In this document: positions 50,382 through 59,031 of the stretch, one piece after another
Position numbering within the stretch: the stretch's first letter is position 1
Layout: every line of letters begins with the position of its first letter
Assembly (NCBI GenBank): GCA_963662405.2
Contig: CAXXKT010000001.1
Coordinates: 192,001 to 256,000, forward strand
Direction of reading: 5' to 3'
Origin: Syntrophales bacterium
GTDB lineage: Bacteria; Desulfobacterota; Syntrophia; Syntrophales; UBA2210
Length of the DNA stretch: 64,000 bases
The notes under the pieces: model-generated
Told to the model about the DNA's origin: nothing
The model's input: the letters and a program-made list of their open reading frames with translations, nothing else
Database searches by the model: none
Position numbers and translations under genes: made by a program

Positions 50382-52703
50382 ATGAACCCTACTTTTATTG
50401 ATATTCACATTCATACATCGGAGAATCCAGACAAACTCAACCCAAACTATGACGTTAACTCATTGTATGAAAATGTGACCAAGGTCGCGCATGAAGCAGA
50501 TACACTAATATCATTGTCAGATCATAATGTTATAAATGAAAATGCCTACCTAAAAGCCTTACATAAATTCCCCAATATGCTTATCGGATGTGAGTTGCAC
50601 ATTCGAAACTATCAGAATAAACCTCCCTATCATTGCCATATTCTTTTCGGTACTCCAACGATAGATCACGAAACTATTTCGAAGATCAATGAATCCCTGC
50701 TAAAATTATATCCGAAGAAGGTTGTTAAAAATGCAGATACAAACATTCCAGAAATACAAGACATCATAAAAGAATTTGAGGAATACGACTTTCTGGTTCT
50801 TCCTCATGGTGGACAGTCCCACTCAACTTTTGACATATCCATTCCTGATGGCGTTATATTCGACAGCAGTCTTGAAAGAAGTATTTATTACAACACCTTT
50901 GACGGATTCACTGCAAGAAGCAACAAAGGTCTAGAAAAAACAATTGAATATTTCAAGCGCCTCGGAATTAACGATTTTGTCAATCTCATTACTTGCACGG
51001 ACAACTACAATCCCCAAAAATATCCTAGTCCAAAAACAGATGAATATGAAGAATATATCCCTACTTGGATGAACTCATTGCCAACATTTGAAGGCCTAAG
51101 ACTTGCTCTATCAGAATCATCTCGGCTTTCGTACCAAAGTGACCCCCCCGGTAGATGGTCGGAATACATCAAATCGGTGCACTTGTCGAATCCCAGAATA
51201 GAAATCGACGTCAATTTGAGTGAGGGCTTAAATGTGGTTATTGGTGGTTCATCAAGTGGAAAGACTCTTTTTGTAGATTCCTTGTATTGCAAGATCGTTA
51301 ACAATTATGAGGAGAATGTTTATGTCAAGTCGCAATATCCTGTCAAGGATATAGACGTCAACAATCCTTCAGGATTGACTCCACATTATATCAACCAAAA
51401 CTATATTACTAAAATTGTCGATACCAAGAACAATGAGACGAGAATTGATGATATTGAGATAATAAAAACCCTATTTCCAGACGATAACGAGGCAAAACTC
51501 AACATCCAACGGTCATTGCATGACTTCAGAGAGTGTTTCAAGGAACTCCTAAGTAGTGTGAAAGCAATAGAGGAGATTCAGAGTTCCCTGAAAAGGATAC
51601 CCTTCCTTTCGCAGTTGATATTGTTGGCAAAAGTAAAAGATAACGTGATTGAGAAACTTCTGCCATCTCCAGAGCAAATACAATTAATTCATATTTCCAA
51701 AGCTTTGCACCACTCATATTCTGAACATCTTGAACAAATAGATAACTTTTTGACAAATAATCCGGTCATTGACCACGATCCATCTTTGGTTATGAGGTTA
51801 AAAGATGAATTGGATCTAGCGTTTTCCTTCTCTCATTCTGAGGAACTTGTCAGAGCCATAATCGAGAAAAAGAAAGCCGACCAGAAAGCTTGGCTTCTCC
51901 AGTTGAACAAAGAAGGACAGCAAAAAAAAGATTCCTTTAACGATCTGACACGATTTTTTACCAATTACAACATCGCAGTCAAGAAATTCAATAACTGCTT
52001 AATAAGGCTTGGTAAATTCGATACAAAGGCGCAATCAAACACAATTAAAGCAATGGGACATATATTGTATATCGAAAACCAATTTTGCATAAATAGCAGT
52101 ACGTTTATCGATATTCTGAACCAATTTCTAAAAAAGGAAAATCAGATTGAATCGATGGACACTTTACACCCAGAGTCGCTATTCTTCGCCAATTTCAAGC
52201 AAAAGCCTAAGATCAGCGATTATGATGATTTGGAGTCTAAGGTGTACGCTAAATTCGAAGGCCTTAATAAGAAATCATTCAAAATCACTACTAGCGACGG
52301 AAGGGATTTTGATAACCTAAGTGCTGGTTGGAAAACATCTGTAATATTGGACTTACTCTTAGGCTATGAAGAGGATTTTGCTCCCATAATAATCGATCAA
52401 CCCGAGGACAATCTTGCGAATCCTTATATAAACAGGGGGCTGATCAAAGCTATCAAGGATATCAAACCAAAGAAACAAATAATTCTAGTGTCGCATAATG
52501 CCACGATACCAATGTTGGGTGATGCTCAGACTGTTGTTGTTTGCAAAAACGAAGAAAATAGGATTGAAATAAGATCCGCCAAACTTGAGGGTAACATAAA
52601 CTCAAAAAAGGTTGTCGATCATATTGCCGAGTTGACAGATGGCGGCAAGGTATCGATCAAAAAGAGGGTCAAGAAATACAACCTTAGAAAGTTCAGGGAA
52701 TGA
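50382..52703 (+). CDS. PHP phosphoesterase-ABC ATPase fusion (Ppl/TrlF-like), putative defence
   Basis: DIHIHT, SDHN, GCE and TD PHP motifs; GGSSSGKT, LSAG, IIDQPEDNL and SHNA ATPase motifs. Confidence 0.85.
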   Translation: MNPTFIDIHIHTSENPDKLNPNYDVNSLYENVTKVAHEADTLISLSDHNVINENAYLKALHKFPNMLIGCELHIRNYQNKPPYHCHILFGTPTIDHETISKINESLLKLYPKKVVKNADTNIPEIQDIIKEFEEYDFLVLPHGGQSHSTFDISIPDGVIFDSSLERSIYYNTFDGFTARSNKGLEKTIEYFKRLGINDFVNLITCTDNYNPQKYPSPKTDEYEEYIPTWMNSLPTFEGLRLALSESSRLSYQSDPPGRWSEYIKSVHLSNPRIEIDVNLSEGLNVVIGGSSSGKTLFVDSLYCKIVNNYEENVYVKSQYPVKDIDVNNPSGLTPHYINQNYITKIVDTKNNETRIDDIEIIKTLFPDDNEAKLNIQRSLHDFRECFKELLSSVKAIEEIQSSLKRIPFLSQLILLAKVKDNVIEKLLPSPEQIQLIHISKALHHSYSEHLEQIDNFLTNNPVIDHDPSLVMRLKDELDLAFSFSHSEELVRAIIEKKKADQKAWLLQLNKEGQQKKDSFNDLTRFFTNYNIAVKKFNNCLIRLGKFDTKAQSNTIKAMGHILYIENQFCINSSTFIDILNQFLKKENQIESMDTLHPESLFFANFKQKPKISDYDDLESKVYAKFEGLNKKSFKITTSDGRDFDNLSAGWKTSVILDLLLGYEEDFAPIIIDQPEDNLANPYINRGLIKAIKDIKPKKQIILVSHNATIPMLGDAQTVVVCKNEENRIEIRSAKLEGNINSKKVVDHIAELTDGGKVSIKKRVKKYNLRKFRE

Positions 52704-52936
52704 GCATGAAAATGCATTTTTCAAGAAGCGATACTGGCGAAACTGTGGTGCAACTTATCGAAAATGGGGATGCGTTACCTTTCAATTACATTACACTTGT
52801 GAAGCATCTGATCGTTAATGCGAATCTGGAAGAGACAACATTTGATGAAGAGTTTTCCTCTGAAGAACAGGCTGCTGTGAATTCAATGGCTGAACGTCTT
52901 GTAGAGGCATGTAAAAAAGAACCGAAGGCCAGCTGA
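52700..52936 (+). CDS. Small acidic hypothetical protein coupled to the PHP-ATPase
   Basis: ATGA overlap with the upstream stop codon. Confidence 0.65.
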   Translation: MSMKMHFSRSDTGETVVQLIENGDALPFNYITLVKHLIVNANLEETTFDEEFSSEEQAAVNSMAERLVEACKKEPKAS

Positions 52937-53063
52937 GTTGCAGGGTACCTGTTTATTACCAGAATTATACAATAACTCGATCCCGATTAGTTTTCTAGAC
53001 TTCAGGAAAAATTTAATAAACCATGGACTTAGGCTGTTCTATTATGATCTGCTCGGGCAATTC

Positions 53064-53129
53064 CTAGACGTACGCGATCTTTAACTTCTGGCCGACGTAG
53101 ATCCGATTCCGGAACCTTATCTTGTTAAC
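53064..53129 (-). pseudogene. C-terminal LysM-domain remnant
   Basis: VNKIRFRNRIYVGQKLKIAYV* resembles the end of a LysM domain; the upstream sequence is unrelated. Confidence 0.5.
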
Positions 53130-53148
53130 TTGAATCAGAAATATTGAA

Positions 53149-53469
53149 ATGCCAACTTTTTTAGAAATGAAGATTGATAACGATATTGAAAATATTCTTA
53201 AAGATACCATTAGAGATATCTTTGAATGTAAGGACGAAGAAAAAAGACTGGCCATTGATGTATTCTTTGAGTTGGCAAAAGATTGTTCGATCCCATCAAA
53301 TGTTTTGGATAAAATTCTTTATTATTTTATAAATTTTCATGGACCTAATAAAGCTGGGAATAGAGTAGCAGCTAATATTTTTAAACAGAAGTTTGATGAG
53401 TCATATAACAGCTCGGATTTTAGCCAACTTCTAGCAATGATGAAGCATGATCAGGATAAAGGATCATAA
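53149..53469 (+). CDS. Hypothetical protein
   Basis: ORF track, AT-rich, no recognisable motif. Confidence 0.5.
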   Translation: MPTFLEMKIDNDIENILKDTIRDIFECKDEEKRLAIDVFFELAKDCSIPSNVLDKILYYFINFHGPNKAGNRVAANIFKQKFDESYNSSDFSQLLAMMKHDQDKGS

Positions 53470-53607
53470 AGAGGACAAATAAGATAGGGGCAGAGGCTTT
53501 TTGACTGAACATTGCTAATTACTAAAAAGAAATCTACAAATTGTGGTGATTACTTGTATTTGTAGTCAATAAATGTGGGAAATGGATTCACGGCTTGGCT
53601 TTCAATC

Positions 53608-53954
53608 CGTACTGTTCAGGCAGGATAAAGGAAAATGCCAGAGTGTCGGTTATTGACGCCACCTACTACTGCTCAGAATAATTCAATTAGAAAATCAACA
53701 ATTACTAATTGAACGTCTGATGGTAAAATCTCTTGACAATACATTATCATAGAGTTAGCTAGAAAATGATTTTGGTCTTGATTGTTTCTGCTTGTGAGCA
53801 GCTGTAGCCAAGGGGGATTATGGTATGATCATTAAAGCCCTGTTTCTCAACGCGAGAGATGGGGATTTTGTTTTTTGTGGACAGGTTATGTTGATATCGA
53901 TGTTGCCGGATGAAGAATGGGTTTTTATCAGGATCCAGATAAACATTGTTGAAC
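53608..53954 (+). promoter_or_regulatory. Platform A copy 3
   Basis: TTGACA at 53733; AGGGGGATT-ATGGTATGA at 53820-53828; hairpin plus U-tract at 53834-53876; GATCCAGATAAACATT-GTTGAAC at 53948. Confidence 0.8.
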
Positions 53955-53970
53955 TCATAAGGAAAATTGA

Positions 53971-54999
53971 GTGGAAGATTTACATCAAGAGTTTTTGAAA
54001 ACACTCAATGAGGTGATTGAGAAAAATCCAGAAAAAGCAGATGAGATTGATATTGAGCAACTCATAGCAGATGTAACCCCAGAAGCCGTTCGCTTAATAA
54101 AAAGCTCTCTTCTAAAATCCGCGAAAAAGATGCTTAAGGAGAGGCGAAAGTTAGCTAAAGGCTTCGAAAAGCGGAACATAAAACGCTGGTCTAAAGCATT
54201 CGATTTATTAGAGTCTCACATTGTTATATGTACAGAGGCAGGAGAAGAATTCAACTCATCGTATAGACCAACTGCTGCTGAGGAAAACAATTTAGTATTT
54301 GATATTGTTGTCAGACATCATGCAAGAGCCTGTCATATTGCACAGGAAATTCTATGTCTCTTAAAGGCAGGTTTTGCTGATGCTGCTCATGCCAGATGGC
54401 GTGCTCTCCATGAAGTAACCGCGACAGGAATGTTCATAGCTAGACATGGTCATGATTGTGCAGAGAGATTCTATTTTCATGACATTGTTGATTCTTACGA
54501 CGGAATGCTTGAGCACAAAAAGTACGAAGATCGGCTCCAGGAAAAGGCACCCTCCCAAGAAGAGCTCGATAGCTGCAAAGTAGAATATGACGAACTGATT
54601 GCACGATACGGTAAGAAATTTGCAGATCATTATGGTTGGGCTTCATACTTGTTCCCAAAACATAGGCGAGTAGGTTTTACAGCAATAGAAAAGAATGTTG
54701 GCTTGGATCATATGCGCCCCTACTATAGGTGGGCTAGCCAGAATATACATTCGGGCTCTAAAGGAATGAGAAACCGTCTCGGACTGTGTGAGGCAAAAGA
54801 CGATATTCTACTGGTTGGGCAAAGTAATTCAGGAATGACAGATCCTGCTCATGCAACAGCTATTAGTTTAAACCAAATTACTTGTGCTCTTTTGATGCTT
54901 GAGCCTACGTTAGATCATATTGTGATCATGAAAATAGCTGATGAATTTCAAAATGATGTGGGGGAAGCATTCCTAGAGATAGAGCGAAATGATTCATAA
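53971..54999 (+). CDS. DUF5677-like protein
   Basis: EILCLLKAGFADAAHARWRALHE and YYRWASQNIH patterns. Confidence 0.7.
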   Translation: MEDLHQEFLKTLNEVIEKNPEKADEIDIEQLIADVTPEAVRLIKSSLLKSAKKMLKERRKLAKGFEKRNIKRWSKAFDLLESHIVICTEAGEEFNSSYRPTAAEENNLVFDIVVRHHARACHIAQEILCLLKAGFADAAHARWRALHEVTATGMFIARHGHDCAERFYFHDIVDSYDGMLEHKKYEDRLQEKAPSQEELDSCKVEYDELIARYGKKFADHYGWASYLFPKHRRVGFTAIEKNVGLDHMRPYYRWASQNIHSGSKGMRNRLGLCEAKDDILLVGQSNSGMTDPAHATAISLNQITCALLMLEPTLDHIVIMKIADEFQNDVGEAFLEIERNDS

Positions 55000-55061
55000 C
55001 AAATCAATTAAGCGGAAAATCAGGCCTGCGGCCTATTTTCCGCTTATCTCAGTCGTTAATA
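54994..55061 (+). other. attC site
   Basis: TCATAAC (contains the stop codon); TAAGCGGAAAAT.AGGC/GCCTATTTTCCGCTTA stem; GTTAATA. Confidence 0.85.
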
Positions 55062-55175
55062 ATTTTTGAAAGAAATCCTTGCAATTGTTTCAATATTTAT
55101 TTTATCGGTTACAGGAAGAATCGCGCAGCAAAAGTATTTCTCGGACACTCCTGCGGCGATTTTCCCACTCTTCAC

Positions 55176-55233
55176 CTACTAACAAATGATTTCGATCAAA
55201 GGGGAATACTGAGGATTACCGTTGGAAGTGTAG
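55176..55233 (+). repeat. Platform B right arm, copy 2
   Basis: 52/58 identical to 41033-41090. Confidence 0.9.
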
Positions 55234-55292
55234 TAGAATACCAGTTTCACTGGCACCAACTGTTTGGCGTCCAGTGCAAAAAGATGTTAGCA
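55233..55292 (-). other. Degenerate attC of the DUF3800 cassette
   Basis: Minus strand TGCTAAC-ATCTT-TTTGCACTGGACGCC...GGTGCCAGTGAAA...ATTCTAC (the R' G appears mutated). Confidence 0.65.
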
Positions 55293-55300
55293 TTTCATCC

Positions 55301-56527
55301 TAGTACCATGTAACATAATATGTTTCGTATTTATAAAAGGTATGATAGACTGGCGGCAAACCAACAGAGGAGGTTGCCATGTCGCCAAGATATCGAGTAA
55401 CCCTTACCAAAGAAGAACGCAAAGAGCTTGAGGCAATGACCCATAGAGGAAAGACCCATGCCCGAAAATTCATCCATGCCCGCGCATTACTTTTGTGCGA
55501 TGCCGGCTCTGACGGTCCGGCATGGAACGTGTCCGATGTTGCAGAGGCGCTTGGGGTGTCGAGCCGTTCGATCGAACATCTCAAAAAGCGCTTTGTTGAA
55601 GAGGGGCTTGAAGCAGCTCTCGAACGCAAGGCACGGGAAAAGCCTCCGAGAGACATCATTTTTGACGGTGCATTTGAGGCACGATTAGTCGCATTGGCCT
55701 GTTCAGACACTCCCGAAGGACATCGTCGCTGGACGGTCAGATTGCTTGCCGACAAAGCTGTCGAGCTTGGCATTGCCGATTCCGTATCACACATGACCGT
55801 ACAGCGGATTTTAAAAAAAACGAACTTAAGCCTCACATCAGCAAATACTGGAAAATCCCTCCCGAAGGGAGCGCGGCCTTTGTAGCATGCATGGAAGATG
55901 TTTTGGAGATATATCATCTGCCCTATGATCCCGACTATCCGGTTGTCTGCATGGATGAATCCTGCAAGCAACTGATAGGTGAAGTTCGAGAGCCGATGCC
56001 ATGCGCACCGGGAAGGCCGATGCGAACAGACGACGAGTATGTCAGAAACGGGGTAGTGGAAATATTTATGGAAGTTGAGCCCCTTGCTGGCAGAAGACAT
56101 GTGGCGATCACGGAACATCGAACAAGAAAGGATTGGGCGATGCAGACCAGGCAGATGCTTGATGAACGCTATCCCAGCGCCCTCAAGGTTCGTCTGGTCA
56201 TGGACAACCTGAACACCCATACAATCGCCTCACTCTACGAAACATTCAAACCCGGGGAAGCCAGGCGTTTAGCGGAACGACTCGATATCCATTATACGCC
56301 TAAACACGGAAGCTGGCTGAATATGGCAGAGATCGAGCTCAGCGCCCTGAAAGGACAATGCCTTAATCGCCGGATTCCCGACATAACGACCATGCGAACC
56401 GAAGTGGCCGCATGGGAAAAAGATCGAAACAACAGCGCGAAAAACATTGTATGGCAATTTACTACTCCTGATGCTCGCATTAAGTTGAAGCGCCTTTATC
56501 CGAAGCTATAAACGTTACATGGTACTA
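55301..56527 (+). mobile_element. IS630-family insertion sequence
   Basis: Perfect terminal inverted repeats GTACCATGTAAC/GTTACATGGTAC flanked by TA on both sides. Confidence 0.95.
55379..56511 (+). CDS. IS630 transposase, two ORFs joined by a -1 frameshift at A8 (55813-55820)
   Basis: HTH ORF (RWTVRLLA) then DDE ORF (CMDE, MDNLNTH, GSWLNMAE); the shift restores LKKNELKPH. Confidence 0.92.
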
Positions 56528-56538
56528 GTATCTTTAAC

Positions 56539-57657
56539 TCATTGTTTTTCTAGAAAATCACCAATTTTTTCAAAATGTATTTTTTCCATTTTTTCGATTG
56601 TTTTTTTCCCTTCGTCAATTTGTTCATCACTTACGTCACACTTTGAGAGTTTATATAACCACCCTCTGGCAATAATTTCAGAGGAAAGCCTTGAGATATA
56701 GAACGATTCTGTAACATCGAGTAATTTATTTTTTAAACTAGCGTTTGCTATTTTATCGTTTCTTTGTGAAAGCCATAAAAAAATATCAACGGCCTGAAGA
56801 CTCACGATCTGCTTTGACATTGCCAGTGAAAATTGTCCAAGATCGTAATCAACTTGATCAACCTGTAAGCCCAATCCACTTGAATTGTGTTCAAGCCTGA
56901 ATTTCTGAAATATTTTATGGTATTCCCTCATTGTAGAACCAAATTCTGACTGAGAATGATGAACAAAGGCTTTTGGTTTTGTATTGTTTTCTTTACAGAA
57001 TTTGTGAACAGCCTGAATTAAACTTGAAAAAGCAACCATGTTGGGAGTATGCTCCTTGTATGACTTTTTTGTTTGGCTTGCCAATAGTGTAATTTCATCA
57101 GGGTATTTAAGTGCAAAATTAAGACCTTCAGTAGCAACTTGGTGGAGTCTTTTATCAACACTTATAAGATCAAGCCGTTGCAATACGATGTTTATCACTG
57201 ATCTAATTCCAGTAAAATCATCTTTGAGATAATAATCCCAGAAATTCTTTTTGTCTTCTTCAAAAAGAAGGTCATCAAAAAGAATACATAACGTATGTCT
57301 AAAAAACTCGTGATTATACCATAACCACCGTGCACCTTTATTTTCGTAAGAGTCGAAAAGACTATCAACAAATTTCGTCACTGATAAATAAGGCTTTTCA
57401 ATGACCGTTAAGTGAAAAACCCATTTTATATTTTCGAGGAGATCTAAAAATGAAGTTGCTATTCTTTCTACAAGATGAGGTTTAATTTCGTTCGCATGAA
57501 GTCTATCTACACCCAATTCAAATTTATACTTTTCAGCAACTTCATTTAGCAAAGGTTCAGTATCAATTTCCGAGATTATTGCTCCTTGAAAGTAAAAAAG
57601 TGGCTCATTAAAAATGTGGCGTCCTGAATGCCCAGACTCATCGGCGTAAATATACAT
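56539..57657 (-). CDS. DUF3800-like protein
   Basis: N-terminal YIYADESG, LHANE and C-terminal LQAVD motifs. Confidence 0.75.
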   Translation of the reverse strand: MYIYADESGHSGRHIFNEPLFYFQGAIISEIDTEPLLNEVAEKYKFELGVDRLHANEIKPHLVERIATSFLDLLENIKWVFHLTVIEKPYLSVTKFVDSLFDSYENKGARWLWYNHEFFRHTLCILFDDLLFEEDKKNFWDYYLKDDFTGIRSVINIVLQRLDLISVDKRLHQVATEGLNFALKYPDEITLLASQTKKSYKEHTPNMVAFSSLIQAVHKFCKENNTKPKAFVHHSQSEFGSTMREYHKIFQKFRLEHNSSGLGLQVDQVDYDLGQFSLAMSKQIVSLQAVDIFLWLSQRNDKIANASLKNKLLDVTESFYISRLSSEIIARGWLYKLSKCDVSDEQIDEGKKTIEKMEKIHFEKIGDFLEKQ

Positions 57658-57684
57658 TTTTATATTCGTTTCTTATCGGATGTT

Positions 57685-57870
57685 AACAATTAATATACTT
57701 GGTGGGTATTTTCCAAACTTTTGTACAACCCTACTTCAATTCATGAAAAATGAAAAGCGGAAGTTTCGTCGTGAAATCAAGTACAATTGGATTTTGACCA
57801 ATGGGTATTTTGTGGTAATGAAAAATGGCAGCAGTTCAACAAATACTGTTTGAAGTAGCGCATTGCCCTG
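57685..57870 (-). repeat. Platform B left arm, copy 2
   Basis: Homologous to 43672-43890; starts at the GTTAACA core on the minus strand. Confidence 0.85.
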
Positions 57871-58227
57871 AAAATTACTGAACACTCACTTACAGGAAGG
57901 AGCAGATAATCTACATGAGCCTAAAATGTACAGCCCGAGTTGTCCTACCTTTCAACCCACATTTAATAAGGTTGACCGACAAATTGTGGTGATGACTTGT
58001 ATTTGAAGTCTCGCACATCTTTGATGAAAGCAGTTTCATAGATTTCAGAAGGAAGGTGTCTGGATTTTACGAAATCCAAATAATAAACTTTCCAGGCTTA
58101 GAGTGCTTCGGGCCGTTGCATTTGGCCTCTGCGCGGTGGTTGTGAAACATTTGAGAAATAGATGGACTTGAAAGGAGTGGCCACATGAAAAAGGGTGGCC
58201 CTCTCACAGAATCGAAAAGACCACCCA

Positions 58228-58497
58228 TCAGGAGGGACAGCACAAGGTCAATCCAAGTACTACTCCCGGTGGTAAGAAGCGGTAATAAGAGGTGGCTCGA
58301 TCGCCTGCAAAGGGAGAGTTAAGCCTGCCCGTAATCATCCGGTCCACCTTTTCATCAATCCGCTGTTGTTGCGCCTCTCCTCTCAATAATGATTCTTTGA
58401 TCCAGACGACATTTGCCGTCACGTCTTTCTTGACGCCGTCGATCCGGACTTCGTGCTGGGCGGAAAGGCCGTACACCATGTATTCCTCAGGCCGCAT
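58228..58497 (-). CDS. Hypothetical phage protein
   Basis: ORF track, co-oriented with the phage genes. Confidence 0.4.
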   Translation of the reverse strand: MRPEEYMVYGLSAQHEVRIDGVKKDVTANVVWIKESLLRGEAQQQRIDEKVDRMITGRLNSPFAGDRATSYYRFLPPGVVLGLTLCCPS

Positions 58498-58606
58498 GCA
58501 GGAGAGAGATCTCCCGCGTTATTCAATCGCCCGATCGCGTAATGCCCGGAGTTTTTGCTCCCCACCCCGTCCACTGTCCGGGCCTATAGCCCTTTGAGAA
58601 GGTTTC

Positions 58607-58888
58607 TTATGTAAGGCGGCGAGGGGGTGGCGACGGCGGAGGTCCTTTCGGAAACGGCGACCAGTTGCCCCTGAGGGCGATCCTGTGGGCATTCTCTATC
58701 GTCGGGGCACAGCCTCTGCAGAGATAGCGCAATACTCCCCCGTTACGCCCATGGTACGGACCCGTTACGAACGACCACCCCCATGTTCGCCGAAACTCCT
58801 GTTTGCACACAACGCACTGACGCCAGAACAACAGGGGGAACCTCACGGAGATGCCGTGCTCATATCGTTCCTTGGGTTCACGCTTCAC
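58607..58888 (-). CDS. Small Cys-rich (CxxC...CxxC) phage protein
   Basis: CVVC...CRGC; likely GTG start at 58888 with GGAGGGG RBS. Confidence 0.55.
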   Translation of the reverse strand: MKREPKERYEHGISVRFPLLFWRQCVVCKQEFRRTWGWSFVTGPYHGRNGGVLRYLCRGCAPTIENAHRIALRGNWSPFPKGPPPSPPPRRLT

Positions 58889-59031
58889 CTTTTTCCCCTC
58901 CTTTTGTCCTCTTTTTCGTTGCCAGCTCGGGACGCGTGTTCTTTCTGTTGCCTCAGATAGTGTGTCGGCATCCTGAGTGAGGGCCGCCGCGATCACTTCA
59001 GGGTGGACTTGTGCGTGCAACAAGGAAGAGC

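Noticed and set aside
44421..52703. Calling Thoeris, Gabija or CBASS
   Set aside because: The required partners (ThsA, GajB helicase, CD-NTase) are not visible, and the TIR and OLD-like genes are bounded as separate cassettes.
52937..53060. attC after the PHP-ATPase operon
   Set aside because: No convincing AAC...GTT pair with complementary L boxes.
40755..58010. CRISPR array interpretation of the repeats
   Set aside because: The repeats are long, diverged and kilobases apart, with no regular repeat-spacer period and no cas genes.
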